From: Kofleriaceae bacterium
GTDB taxonomy: Bacteria; Myxococcota_A; Polyangia; Haliangiales; Haliangiaceae
Length of the DNA stretch: 64,000 nt
Direction: 5' to 3'
Assembly (NCBI GenBank): GCA_965215005.1
Contig: CBDCCZ010000004.1
Location: 288,001-352,000, forward strand
Shown: piece by piece, positions 19,717 to 31,819 of the stretch
Layout of the letters: each line of letters begins with the position of its first letter
How positions within the stretch are numbered: the first letter of the stretch is position 1
The notes under the pieces: generated by a model
Told to the model about the DNA's origin: nothing
The model's database searches: none
What the model saw: the letters and a program-made list of their open reading frames with translations, nothing else
Position numbers and translations under genes: made by a program

Positions 19717-20291
19717 GCGATTGGAGGGACCGCCTCGTAAAGCAACTCGAGCCCGTGCTCGAGCAGGCCGATCCGCGCCCCACGATCAGCGCCTACCACG
19801 ACATGCCCTACGCGATTTTCCGGTACCCGCCGGAAGACGAGTTTGCCGTGCGCCAGGAGACCGCGCTGCTTCGCACTCGCCTCGAACAAGCCGGCAAGCG
19901 TGTCACCTCCATCTCGCTGTCAGCCTGCATGCAGGAGGCGCTCGAAGCCGTGGGCCTCGGAGTCGAGGCCTTGGCCGATGCTGAGAAATCTGTCGGCCTG
20001 GAATCGACCATCGAGACCATCCACCAGGTGCTCTGCGAGTACCGCCCACTCGACGAGCTGGTTGCCGCCCGCATTCCAGACGACGCAGCTCCGCTGCGCG
20101 ACGTGGTGTTCATCGTCCGCGCCGGCGCGCTCTTCCCCTTCTACCGCACTTCGTCGTTGCTCGAGCAGCTCAAAGGGAAGGTAACGGTTCCAGGTGTTCT
20201 GTTCTTTCCAGGATGTCTCGAAGGCGCTGCCGGACTTCGCTTCATGTGCGTACTGGATGCCGAGCACAATTACCGGCCGAAGATTTTCTGA
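19713..20291 (+). CDS. brxB: BREX protein BrxB (DUF1788)
   Basis: AIFRYPPEDEF, GALFPFYRTSSLL, VLFFPG, LRFM...NYRPKIF; ATGA overlap with brxA. Confidence 0.88.
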   Translation: MSDWRDRLVKQLEPVLEQADPRPTISAYHDMPYAIFRYPPEDEFAVRQETALLRTRLEQAGKRVTSISLSACMQEALEAVGLGVEALADAEKSVGLESTIETIHQVLCEYRPLDELVAARIPDDAAPLRDVVFIVRAGALFPFYRTSSLLEQLKGKVTVPGVLFFPGCLEGAAGLRFMCVLDAEHNYRPKIF

Positions 20292-20302
20292 GGGAAACGC
20301 GA

Positions 20303-23300
20303 ATGACGAAATCGACCATCAAGAACCTCTTCGCCAACGACGTCTCCCGACGCATCGAGGAGGTGATCAAGGTCGACCAGGCCGACGAGCAGATTATTCG
20401 CGATGAGCTCGCCGAGTACGTGGTCACCGGCTCCATCCGCGACCACCTCATCGAGGTGCTAGAGCGCTACTGGGAGACCCCAAAGAAGCCTCACGAAGGC
20501 GTCGCAGTATGGGTTTCCGGATTCTTCGGATCCGGCAAGTCGAGCTTCGCCAAATACCTCGGCCTCGCCCTGCAGAACCGCACGGTCGTGGGAGAGAGCG
20601 CCGCGCAGCTCCTCGCCAAGCGCACTGGCGACCCGAAGGCCGAGGTGCTGCTCAGCAACATCGCCGAGCAGATCCCCACCGAAGCGGTCATCTTCGACGT
20701 CTCCACCGACCGCGGCATCCGCACCGGCAACCAGAGCATCACCGAGATCATGTACCGGCTCTTCCTTCAGAGCCTTGGGTACGCCCGTGATCTCGACCTG
20801 TCTGAGCTGGAGATCACCCTGGAGGAGGCCGGGCGGCTCGACGACTTCAAGGCGAAGTACCAGGAGGTCTTCAACAAGGACTGGGACGTCGGCAAGGGGC
20901 TCATCGCCATCGCCGTGCAGCAGGCAAGCCGGGTGATGCACGAGATGGACCCGGACACCTATCCAACCGCAGACAGCTGGCGCGAGTCGGCGATGAAGCG
21001 CGCAGACATCACCCCGGGCGACCTCGCCAAGCGGGGCATGGAGCTGATGAAGCGCCGCTCTCCCGGCAAGACGCTGCTCTTCGTGGTGGACGAGGTTGGC
21101 CAGTTCGTGGCCCGCGACGTCCAGAAGATGCTCGATCTGCAGGCGGTGGTGCAGAACCTCGGGCGCATCGGCCGAGGCAAGATGTGGATCGTCGTCACCT
21201 CGCAGGAGAAGCTCACCGAGCTCGTCGGTGGTCTCGACGACAAGCGGGTCGAGTTGGCGCGCCTCATGGACCGCTTCCCCCTGCAGGTCCACCTCGAGCC
21301 AGCAGACATCTCCGAGGTGACCAGCAAGCGCGTGCTGTCGAAGAACGCACAGGCCGAGAAGACCCTGCGCGAGCTCTTCACCCAGCACCGCGGCCGGCTC
21401 ACTGACAACACCCGGCTTACGGCCGATATCAAGCTGCCGGAGTTGTCTACTGAGAGCTTCGTCGACCTGTATCCGCTGCTGCCGTACCAGATCGACCTGA
21501 TAATCCAGGTCGTCTCGGGTCTTCGCACCCAGGGCGGCGCCAGCAAGCACGTGGGTGGCGCCAACCGCACCATCATCAAGCTGGCCCAGCAGCTCCTCAT
21601 TCACCCGGACGTCGATCTCGCCTCCGCTCCTCTGGGCACTCTGGCCCGGGTCGACCAAGTGTACGACCTGGTGTCCGGAAACATCGGCAGCGAGGTGCGC
21701 GGCAAGATCGACGACATCGGCAAGAAGGTCGACCACCCGCTGGCGCAGCCCGTCGCCAAGGCCATCTGCTTGCTCCAGTACGTCCGCAGCATCCACCGCA
21801 CGCCCGAGAACCTCGCGGCCGCTTTGCACCCCGGCATCGACGCGGACTCGCGGCTGTCCGAGGTCAAGGCCGCTCTCGATGCGCTCGAGAAGGCGCACAT
21901 GGTTCGCCGCGGTGACGATGGCTACCGCATCCCGACCCCGGCCGAGGACGACTGGGAGCGCCAGCGCGCCAGCCTATCGCCCAAGCCTGGCGATGTCAGC
22001 CGCCTGCACGCGGAGGTCGTCACCGGCCTCTGGCAGCCGCAGCCCCAGCACAGCTTCCTCGACGTGAAGGTCTTCAAGGCCGGGCTATATCTGGGTGGCC
22101 GCCTCTCGGTGGAAGGCGACACCCCCGTGCATCTCACGCTGGCCGAAGCAGGTAAGGAGCACGAAGAGCGCGTGGCCGAGGCGCGCAAGCGAAGCCAGAC
22201 CGAGACCAAGTCCATATTCTGGGTGGCGGCTCTCGACCAGGCTATCGATCGTGAAACCGTCGAGCTCTTCCGCTCCAAAGAGATCCTCTCCCGCAAGGAG
22301 CGCGGCGCCCAGACCAAGGACGAAACGGCACTCGTCGCCGAGGAAAAGCTGCGCCTGCGCCGGCATCAGGACGAGCTGCGTCGCTTCATCAAGCAGTCGC
22401 TTTTGACCGGCACCATCTTCTTCCGCGGCAACGACCGCAGCCCGGACGACACGGCGACCGACATCGGCCGCACGGCGGCCAAGGTGCTGGCCCAGGCGCT
22501 CCCGGAGGTCTTCGACCGTTTCGAGGAGGCGGCGGCCCGCGTCGGCAAGAAGGACCTCGAGTCGCTGATGACGACCGAGAACCTCCGCGGGCTAACCTCG
22601 GTCTTCACCGACCTCAACCTGGTCCGCGACCAAGGCGGCAAGCCCGTCTTCAACACCGAGAACGGATCCCTTGCCGAGGTGCTGTCGCGCATCGACAACC
22701 GCACGAGCTACGGCGAGGTGGCCACGGGCCGCTACCTGACCGACGAGTTCGCCAAGGAGCCGTTCGGCTGGGACTTCGACGTCGTCCGCCTGTTCGTCAT
22801 CGCGCTGTTGCGTGCCGGCAAACTCGAAGCCACGAGCAAGGGCCAGGTCATCGAGTCGGCGCTGTCGCTGGATGCTCGTAACACCTTTGCCAACAACAAC
22901 CTGTTCCGTCAGGCCTCGTTCCGTCCCAAGGTCGGCCTCGAGTTCACGAACATTGTCGACGCCTCCGAGTACTTCAAAGAGGTCTTCGGTCGAGAGATTT
23001 CGGAGCTCGAGCAGGGGGTGGTCGCCAACGCCATCCGCGAGGAGATCCATCGCCACGACGAGGAGCTCCACGAGGTGCACACCACCTTGGTGCAGCACGC
23101 GCTGCCCGGTGCCGATGTGCTGCGGATTGCCCTCGACCAGATGCGGTCGATCCGCTCCGGCAAGGAAGACCACGCCATCCTGACCTTCAACTCGGCCTAC
23201 AAGGAGCTGAAAGAAGCCATCAAGCGGGGCGCCGAGCTGTCGCAGGGGCTTACCGAGACTCGGCTGCATGACATCGGCCGGGCTCGCAAGGCGCTCGACG

Positions 23301-23842
23301 TGGTCTGGCCGTTCCTGAAGGAGGAGCCCGACCTCACCGACGAGGACCGCGAGCACGCCGAGAAGCTCGAGGACCTGATGGCGCGCGAGACTTTCTTCCG
23401 CGAGCTCGCGGCCATCGACCAGCATGCGCGGGCCCTGGAACAGGAGCACAAGCGGCGCCACCAGGAGGCAGTCGAGGCTCGCGCCGCAGCCTACGAAGAG
23501 GCTGCCCAGAAGCTCAAAGCAACGCCGGGCTGGGAGCAGCTGGGCGAGGACCAGCAGCGTCGCGTTGCTGGCCCGCTCGTTTCGCGAGCGACCACCGACG
23601 GTTCTGCCTCAATGGCGATCCCGCTACTTCGCTCGGATCTCGCCGCTTGCTCGGGCCGTCTGTCCAGCGCGGTGGAGGAGATGCTCCGACTCGTGGACGG
23701 CAACCGCCTCGTGCGCGTCGCGGCGTCGAGCTACTTCAGCGGCGGCATCGAGACCGAAGAGCAGCTCGACCAGGCCCTGTCTGGTTTGAAAGAGCAGTGC
23801 CTGGAGCTCATCGGCGCCGGCAAAAAGGTGCTGGTTCAGTAG
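20303..23842 (+). CDS. brxC: BREX P-loop ATPase BrxC
   Basis: IEEVIKVDQ, WVSGFFGSGKSSFAK (Walker A), VVDEVGQF, VTSQE, DRFP, LYPLLPYQ; about 1180 aa. Confidence 0.93.
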   Translation: MTKSTIKNLFANDVSRRIEEVIKVDQADEQIIRDELAEYVVTGSIRDHLIEVLERYWETPKKPHEGVAVWVSGFFGSGKSSFAKYLGLALQNRTVVGESAAQLLAKRTGDPKAEVLLSNIAEQIPTEAVIFDVSTDRGIRTGNQSITEIMYRLFLQSLGYARDLDLSELEITLEEAGRLDDFKAKYQEVFNKDWDVGKGLIAIAVQQASRVMHEMDPDTYPTADSWRESAMKRADITPGDLAKRGMELMKRRSPGKTLLFVVDEVGQFVARDVQKMLDLQAVVQNLGRIGRGKMWIVVTSQEKLTELVGGLDDKRVELARLMDRFPLQVHLEPADISEVTSKRVLSKNAQAEKTLRELFTQHRGRLTDNTRLTADIKLPELSTESFVDLYPLLPYQIDLIIQVVSGLRTQGGASKHVGGANRTIIKLAQQLLIHPDVDLASAPLGTLARVDQVYDLVSGNIGSEVRGKIDDIGKKVDHPLAQPVAKAICLLQYVRSIHRTPENLAAALHPGIDADSRLSEVKAALDALEKAHMVRRGDDGYRIPTPAEDDWERQRASLSPKPGDVSRLHAEVVTGLWQPQPQHSFLDVKVFKAGLYLGGRLSVEGDTPVHLTLAEAGKEHEERVAEARKRSQTETKSIFWVAALDQAIDRETVELFRSKEILSRKERGAQTKDETALVAEEKLRLRRHQDELRRFIKQSLLTGTIFFRGNDRSPDDTATDIGRTAAKVLAQALPEVFDRFEEAAARVGKKDLESLMTTENLRGLTSVFTDLNLVRDQGGKPVFNTENGSLAEVLSRIDNRTSYGEVATGRYLTDEFAKEPFGWDFDVVRLFVIALLRAGKLEATSKGQVIESALSLDARNTFANNNLFRQASFRPKVGLEFTNIVDASEYFKEVFGREISELEQGVVANAIREEIHRHDEELHEVHTTLVQHALPGADVLRIALDQMRSIRSGKEDHAILTFNSAYKELKEAIKRGAELSQGLTETRLHDIGRARKALDVVWPFLKEEPDLTDEDREHAEKLEDLMARETFFRELAAIDQHARALEQEHKRRHQEAVEARAAAYEEAAQKLKATPGWEQLGEDQQRRVAGPLVSRATTDGSASMAIPLLRSDLAACSGRLSSAVEEMLRLVDGNRLVRVAASSYFSGGIETEEQLDQALSGLKEQCLELIGAGKKVLVQ

Positions 23843-23854
23843 GGGAACGACCGG

Positions 23855-26800
23855 ATGGACAGAGAGACCAGAAATCGCATCCAGCGCGCGACCCAGGCAG
23901 CCCGAGAGCTGTTGGAGCACGAGTACGCCGAGCAGCTCGAGGGTGTGTTCGACATCCGCCTCGACGGCACGATTGCGGCCGAGCCGGGCGAGCACCTCGA
24001 TGCACCCCAGCGGGTGCTTCGAGGCAAGCTGGTCACGGCGGTGGAGCACCAGCGCACGAGCGGGATGAGCAAGGCGGACGCGGTTGCGTCGTACCTCCGG
24101 GAGACGGCGTTCACTACGCTGAACCGTTTCGTGGCGCTGAAGATGCTTGAGGCCCGCGAGCTCGTTCAGGAGTGCATCAGCCGAGGCGATCAATCGGCAG
24201 GTTTCAAGGAGTTCACTGGGCTCGCACCCGGGCTCGTTCAACTCCCCGATCACGGGTACCGCGTCTACATAGAATCGCTCTTTGATGAGATCGGACGCGA
24301 GGTGCGCGTGCTGTTTGACCGGCGAGACCCGGCAAGTCTGCTCTGGCCACGACGACAGGGTCTGTCGGATCTGCTTGGCATCTTGAACGCCTCGGAGCTC
24401 GGGCCCGTGTGGGGCGATGACGAGACGATTGGCTGGGTCTACCAGTACTTCAACAGCGATCACGAACGGAGGCAGATGCGCGCGGAGAGTCAAGCGCCGC
24501 GCAATAGTCGCGAGCTGGCCGTTCGCAACCAGTTCTTCACGCCGCGATATGTTGTTCAGTTTCTCACCGACAACACTCTCGGCCGCATCTGGTACGAGAT
24601 GCGTCAGGGCGACACGCGGCTGCGCGATCTCGATTACCTGGTCCGCCGGCCGAACGAGGTCTTCCTCGCCCAGGGCGAAGGGCCAGATGCCGATCCAGAG
24701 CCGGCCGAGAGCCTGACCGAGGACGAGCAGTTGCAGCGCCCGGTCTACGTGCCATTCCGGGCCAAGAAGGACCCGCGAGATCTCCACGTTCTCGATCCCG
24801 CCTGCGGCTCGGGGCACTTCCTGCTTTATGCTCTCGATTTGCTACTCGTAATCTACGAGGAGGCGTGGACCGACGAGGCTTCGCCCAGATCGGAGGTCAC
24901 ACGCAAGACGCTTCGCGATGATTACCGGGACATGGACGCCCTTCGGACGGCGATGCCCGGCCTAATTCTGCGGTACAACCTTCACGGCATCGACATCGAC
25001 GCGAGGTGCGCCCAGATAGCCGCACTCGCGCTTTGGATGCGGGCGCAGCGAGCACACAAGGAGCTCGGCATTGGACGCGCTATCCGTCCCGCCATTCAGA
25101 AGACGAATATCGTTGTCGCCGAGCCCATGCCCGGGGCGCCGCGGTTGCGCGAGGAGTTTTTCGCCACCCTTGAACCGAAACTTGGTGAACTGCTTGAACA
25201 CGTGTTCGATGTGATGGGGCTCGCGGGAGATGCCGGCATGCTTCTTCGGATCGAGGACGATATCGCCGCGTCCGTGCGGGAGCTTCATCCTGGTGACGGG
25301 GATCTCTTTCAAGTCAGCAACGAGGCAAAATGGCGCGCAGTCGAAGCAGATCTGCTCCTAGCATTAAGCGCCTACGCCACTACTGCAGCGACTTCAGACG
25401 ATTTGCGACGCAGGCTGTTCGCGGAAGACGCCGCACACGGACTGGGCTTCGTCAACCTTTGCGGCAAGCGCTTTGACGTTGTGCTAATGAATCCGCCGTT
25501 CGGTCAGCCAACAGCCCCCCTTTATGCCTACGCACGCGAGGCCCTGAACGGCGCCCACGGGGACATCTTCGGGATGTTTGTTAGGCGCGCCCTGCAGCTC
25601 TTGGAGGACGATGGACTTGCTGGGTGTATCACTTCCCGGTCGTTCATCATGCGTCCAAGACTGGAGGAACTCCGGCGTCAGGACATCCTGCCATTCATTT
25701 CCTTTCTGTTGGACCTTGGCGGTGGCGTGATGGACGACGCGCTCGTCGACTCGTGTGCGTTTACGCTCGACAACCGAGGACCACGGGTCCTTTGGGCGGC
25801 GGACGCGAGACAGATCTCTACCGACCAAAGAGAGTCAGGAACGCAGGCGCACAGATGGACGAGGTGCCCAAAGGAAGCCCTTCGACAGGCTGCCGAAAAG
25901 CGAGATCCTCTACGACGTTCCGTCTCGTGCCTTGGCGTTGCTGCAGACCGCGGACGAACTCGAAACAATGGCCGGAACCGCCCGTGAAGGCATGAAGACC
26001 TTCGACAACGCTCGTTTTCTCCGGCTGTCCTGGGAGATTGCACCGGCATTTGTGGGGCGAGGTCACCACTGGGTACCTTTCGCAAAGGGGGGGGCATTCG
26101 CGCTGTTCCTCGGTCCGACCGATTGGCTCCTGAACTGGAATCGCGACGGCGCTGAACCTCGAGCTGTCAATGAGAGGGTAAACGGATCAACGGCTCAAGT
26201 GCGGCAGGCGAGCACCTATTGGTATCGATCCGGTGCGACCTATACATACCGGAGCCAGCTAGGTTTCAGCGCTCGGGTTTTGCCTCTAGACCACATCTTC
26301 TCCAACAGTGGCCCGGCGATCTTGGTTGAACCCGACAAAGGGACGGCGGTGAGTAGCCTCTTCTTGCTCGGGTGGCTGAACTCCCGTCTAATCCGCGCCC
26401 TTGCCCAACTACAAGCGAACTTCGGGAAGTTCCTTACCGGCATCTTCAAGGCGATGCCCTGGGTTGAGCCCGATAGGAGCACCAGGGTCCAGGTCGAGGG
26501 AGCTGTCGAGGCCGCACTTGCTGCACTCATCCAAAACGAGATGCGGAGGGAAACGAGTCCCTACTACTGTGGTCCGTTTCCGTGCGAAACGTTTGATGAG
26601 GCGATTGAGAATACAGTTCGCATGGCAAGACGACGAGATGCGGCCATCAATGGCTGCGTTGACTCATGCAGTGCAGTAATAGACGCTCTTTATGCGATCG
26701 ATTCCTCGGGTTGGGGCGACGATGTCCTCGGCACCACGAAACCGGATTATGCATGGAGCAATGTCACCGAGACGGAGGCCGCCTCGTCCCGAAATTCGGT

Positions 26801-28115
26801 TGCCGCGGAGTTGGCGCGGGAGCATGTGTCCTGGGCCGTGGGAGTCGCACTCGGTCGCTGGTGCGGCACACACGTCGTCGAAGCTCTTCCTGATCTAGAT
26901 CCTTTCGCCCGCCTACCTGTCGCACCGCCAGCGACTAGTCGGCCCGCAGCGGAGCTCCTCGCTGTGAGAGATAGCGGCCATCCTGCTGACCTATCGAAGA
27001 CTGTAGAGGCCGCGCTGGCTGAAGCATTCAACTCAGACTTCGCGCGAGCAGTACTCCACCAAAACGGGAACAATATCGACTGGCTCAGCGACTCTGGGGC
27101 TGCCGGTTTCTTCTCATGGCATATTGCCCGCTATTCGAATGCCGAACGCCAGAGCCCCGTCTATTGGGCGTTGGGGACGCCAAGCGCGAACTACGTAGTT
27201 TGGTTGTACTACCGTCACATCACCGAGGACACGTTCTACAGGATCCTCCATGATTTCGTTGAGCCAAAACTCGCGCACGAGGAGCGCGTTCTTGCAGATA
27301 ATTCGGGAGAATTCGCAGGCGACTCGTCAGCCGGGCGCCGAAAAGAAAGAGCTAACCAAGAAAGCCTGGTTCGAGAGCTTCGTGCATTTCGAGTCGAGAT
27401 CTCGCGCATAGCCCCTTTGTGGAAACCCAACTTGTGTGACGGCGTGACGGTGAACGCGGCTCCGCTCTGGCGGCTGTTCTCCCATCACCGGCCCTGGCAA
27501 AAGGAATGCAAAGCAACATGGGACAAGCTCTGCAAGGGCGATTACGACTGGGCCCACCTGGCGATGCACCTTTGGCCCGAGCGCGTGGTGCCCAAGTGCG
27601 CGGAAGACCGCAGTCTCGCCATTGCACACGGCCTCGAAGATGTCTTCTGGTACGAGGACTCGGACGGCAAGTGGCAGCCTCGAGAGGTCGCAGAGTCGGA
27701 AGTCGACAAGCTCGTCAAGGAGCGGACCTCGGCAGCTGTCAAGGACGCCCTGAAGAGCTTGCTCGAAGCCCCGGCGCCCGCGACCGGGCGCGCAACGAGG
27801 AAGAAGGCCCCTCGAGCCAAGGGCACCCGGAAGCGGGCCGCTTCAGCGCGCCCCAAGGCCGCGACGAACGGCGCTGCCTCGTCCAGCCGTTCCTCGGCAG
27901 CAGTCGACGCTGAGCTCCTGAGCAAGGTCAAGGCCGCCATTGGCTCCAACGGTGACGGCGCTAGCAAGGCCGACGTCATCGACGCGACGGGGATCTCGGC
28001 CAGCGAGTGGAACAAGGCCATCAAGGCCCTTCTCGCCGACGGCTCCGTCACGCAGACCGGTGAGCGCCGCGGTGCTCGGTATCACGTAGCTGTTTCGATA
28101 GGAGTAGAGGGATGA
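23855..28115 (+). CDS. pglX: BREX adenine methyltransferase PglX (split by a single frameshift near 25878)
   Basis: IGWVYQYF, QFFTPRYVV, VLDPACGSGHFL (motif I), NPPF (motif IV); second ORF has WVPFAKGG, SPVYW, GDYDWAHLAMHLWPERV. Deleting one C in GCCC at 25877-25880 joins the frames (KEAFDRLPKSEILY). Confidence 0.88.
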
Positions 28116-29236
28116 CCTCACCGGTTCACTATCACAAGGGTCAGTTTCCTCCAGCGCAGCTTGATTGGGCCGAGCTCATCCCTCATGTCGGTCCAGCCGC
28201 GGCGGCGGTGGCTCGCTATGACGGGATGCTTGCTGCGATCCCGAACGCCGATGTCCTACTCAGCCCGCTCACGACGCAAGAGGCGGTCCTTTCGTCGCGA
28301 ATCGAGGGAACCCAGGCGACGATGGGCGAGGTCCTCGAGTTCGAGGCAAGTGCTTCGCCGCCCGACCTTCCACAAGCGCGGCGCGAAGACATCAACGAGG
28401 TCCTCAACTATCGCCGGGCAATGCGGAAGGCAGAGGAGATGCTTCTCACGCTTCCCCTATCGCTGCGCGTAGTTCGCGAAGTGCACAGCGTGCTTCTGGA
28501 AGGCGTGCGAGGACAGGGCAAGGACCCCGGGTCGTTTCGGCGTGTTCCGAATTGGATCGGACCGCCTGGATGTCGGGTAGAGCAGGCCAAGTTCGTTCCG
28601 ATCGGTGCTGAATCGCTTCCCGACGCGATGACGGCCTGGGAGGGCTACATACACCAGGACGAGCCCGATCGCTTGGTACAGCTAGCGATTCTACACGCGG
28701 AGTTTGAGGCGCTGCATCCCTTTCTGGATGGCAACGGTCGACTCGGTAGAATGCTGGTGCCGCTGTTCCTGTGGCAGCTCGACCTGATCCGAAAGCCGAT
28801 GTTCTACTTGAGCGCCTACCTCGAGGCGCAACGTGACTCCTACTATGAGCGGTTGCTCGCAGTGTCACGCGACGGCGACTGGACCGGCTGGTGTCGCTTC
28901 TTCCTGCTTGGCGTTCGGGAACAGGCGGAGCAGAACCTGGGCAAGGCCCAGGCCATCCTGGCTCTCTATGAGCGGCTCAAGCCTGCGGTGATCGAGCTCA
29001 CCCGCTCGCAGTACGCCATTCATGCGCTCGACTGGATATTCAGCCGACCGATCTTCAAGAGCACCGATTTCATCGAAGGCGCCCAGATCCCGCCGCCGAC
29101 GGCCCGACGGCTATTGACCGAGCTCAAGGCCGAGAACCTTGTGCTCAAGGAGCTCGTGCCCGGCCGAGGCCGGCGTGCAGGGACCTATGTCTTCCCCGAG
29201 CTACTCAACATCGCGGAAGGAAAGAAGATTTTTTGA
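28112..29236 (+). CDS. Fic family protein (Fic_N + Fic + C-terminal wHTH)
   Basis: EAVLSSRIEGTQAT and HPFLDGNGRLGR motifs; ATGA overlap with pglX. Confidence 0.93.
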   Translation: MTSPVHYHKGQFPPAQLDWAELIPHVGPAAAAVARYDGMLAAIPNADVLLSPLTTQEAVLSSRIEGTQATMGEVLEFEASASPPDLPQARREDINEVLNYRRAMRKAEEMLLTLPLSLRVVREVHSVLLEGVRGQGKDPGSFRRVPNWIGPPGCRVEQAKFVPIGAESLPDAMTAWEGYIHQDEPDRLVQLAILHAEFEALHPFLDGNGRLGRMLVPLFLWQLDLIRKPMFYLSAYLEAQRDSYYERLLAVSRDGDWTGWCRFFLLGVREQAEQNLGKAQAILALYERLKPAVIELTRSQYAIHALDWIFSRPIFKSTDFIEGAQIPPPTARRLLTELKAENLVLKELVPGRGRRAGTYVFPELLNIAEGKKIF

Positions 29237-29262
29237 TGATCACCGGTTCGCAGCAACCTGGA

Positions 29263-29296
29263 TTGTCGCTCATGGAATGCGTTCCATGAGCGACAA
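29263..29296. promoter_or_regulatory. Perfect 15-bp inverted repeat (operator or hairpin) between fic and pglZ
   Basis: TTGTCGCTCATGGAA-TGCG-TTCCATGAGCGACAA. Confidence 0.7.
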
Positions 29297-31819
29297 ATGC
29301 ACTTGCCTGCCACTGGTGCGCGACAAGACCCGGCTTTGTACGTCGGATTACGCGATGAGCTGGCCACGTGATGGCCACGTCAAGATCATCCACCCGCTCA
29401 ACGGAGAACGCCAGTGAGCCATCCCCTGCACCAGTACATCGCTGGCCAACTCGACGACATGCTGAAGAAGCGCGGCATCGTCGTCTTCTACGATCCGCGG
29501 CGCGAGTTCGAGCCGTTCTTCGACCGCGAGTTGAAGGAGACCGGCACTGGCTACGAGGGCCTCCCGCGCGTCTTCGTGAATGACCGTCTGACCTTCGTCG
29601 CGCGGCACGAGGGCTCGTTCTTCGCCCTGCGCCACGCAGTCGAGCCCATCGCGGACCTCGACAAGCCCGACCCGCTCATCGCCTACCTCCCCGGCGTCGA
29701 GCGAGACCGGCAAGCGTCGGTTCTGATGGAGCTGGAGAAGAGCGGCCGTACCTACGAGCCAGCGCTGCGGGACCTCGCTCGGAAGATGCTGCTCAAGCTC
29801 GGCTATTCGGACGTGCATATTGATCAACTTAAGCTTGCGAAGGCTGGCTACGACGACATCGTTTCGTTCCTGCACCAGGGCGAGGAAGGCACCTCGGCCT
29901 CGGTGCTTCGGACCATCTTCGATGGCGCGCAGAGCGAGGCCCTCATCACCCGGTGGCTCGCTGACGAGGACAAGGACGAGACCATTGTCGAGAAGGACGC
30001 CACGGTCGAGCTCTTCAAGCTCATCGAGTCGCGCCTCGGTCTACCGGTGCCGGAGAACACCTCCGTCACCGAGACGCGAGACAAAGTCCTCCGCTACGTT
30101 CTCGTCGGCGAGTTTCGCTCCGACCTCGAATGCGATCCGCCGCAATCGGTCGGAATGGTGCCCGAGCCCCCGAGCAAGGAGCACGTCGAGCGACTCCGGG
30201 ATGTTGCGGAGAGCCTTCGACGTGGCCATGCAGACCGCTACGTGGCCCTCGCCAGCAAGGTCGAAGCCGACCTCGGACTCGGCAAAGCAAAGATCGACGC
30301 CGGTCACCTCGGCAACATCGACACCTTCCGTTTCGAGGAGCGGGCGCTCTTGGCCTACGCTGGCGAGCTCATCTGTGCTCGCGAGTACAAGAAAGCGCTC
30401 GGCATCGTCGCTGGTCGCAGCCGCAGCTTCTGGGTCGACCGCGACGTGGGCCGGCAGGCGCAGTGGGAAGCCTGTCGTCTGATGGCCGAGCTCGATCGCG
30501 AGATCGAAAAGGTCCGTCCCGCGTTGTCCAAGGGCAACGGCAATCCGGCCAAGTGGGTTCAGGCGTATTCGACCGAGGACGGCTGGTTTCGCGTCGACGA
30601 GCTTCAGCGTCGGCTCGAAACCTGGGTCGCCAAGATGGACGAGGAGCCCGAGACCGAGAAGGGTCTCGCTGTCGTCCGGCGCGAGCACGAAGAGCTCCTC
30701 AAGAAGATGGCCGACGGCTTCGCCAAGGTCCTTGGCGCGGCCGCTTGGACCGTTCCCGGAGCCCTGCATCAGACGCGGGTCTACCCGGAGGTGGTCCAGA
30801 CCATGGGTGGCCGGGTCCCCTACTTCTTCGTCGATGCCATGCGCTTCGAGATGGGTGTAGAGCTCGCCCGCCAGCTCGAGGGCACCAAGGACCTCACCAT
30901 GCGGCCCGCCATCGCGGCACTGCCGACGATCACGCCGGTCGGCATGGCAGCGCTGCTGCCCGGCGCGTCCGCGAGCTTCTCGGTCGTGGAGCGCAAGGGC
31001 AAGCTTGCCGCGAGCATCGAGGGTACGGAGATGTCCGGCTTCAGTGAGCGCCTCAAGTTCCTCAAGGCCAAGGTTCCGGATGTCACCGACATCGCCCTCG
31101 GCAAGCTGCTCGGCAGCTCGACTTCCAAGTTGAGCAAGTCGATCGGGGACGCCTCACTGGTGGTTGTGCGCTCCCAGGAGATCGATGCGCTGGGCGAGAA
31201 CGTCGACGAGCTCACCGCCCGTGCGGCCATGGAGGGCGTCATCGGCAACGTCGCCCGTGCGATTCGGAAGCTCGCGTCGGCCGGCATCGAGAACTTCGTG
31301 GTCACCGCCGACCACGGCCACCAGTTCTCGATTCGCAAAGACGACGACATGAAGACCGACAATCCGGGTGGCGACACGGTGGACATCCACCGCCGGTGCT
31401 GGATTGGGCACGGCGGCACCACGCCCCCTGGCACGGTCCGCGCTTCGGGGGCCGAGCTCGGCTACGACACCAACCTCGACTTCGTCTTCCCGACCGGGCT
31501 GGGGGTATTCAAAACCGGCGGCGGTTTGAGTTTTCATCACGGAAGCGTCAGCCTGCAGGAGCTTGTCATCCCGGTGCTATCGTTGCGCATTCCCCGAAGG
31601 CGCAGAAGGCGATCCACGGGCGCAGTCGCGGAGATTCGAGGGGTTCCATCCGTTCTCACGAACAGAACATTTGGCGTTCAGATCTTCTTCTCTGAACAAC
31701 GGGCGTAAGCGCCCGACAGCGCGCACCTGCCTAAGGCGGTGCGGCCGTGCGAAAAGGCGGGGGTGAAATGTAGTGAACCAGGAAGAGCCGCCGAGGACGG
31801 GCTCGCCGGCGCTTTGGCG

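Noticed and set aside
20459..24817. Long antisense ORFs (e.g. 479 aa, 397 aa; similar ones elsewhere)
   Set aside because: Shadow ORFs opposite well-supported genes, expected in high-GC DNA.
25870..25885. Phase-variable switch in pglX
   Set aside because: Only a 3-C run, not a long homopolymer; similar indels occur throughout the window.
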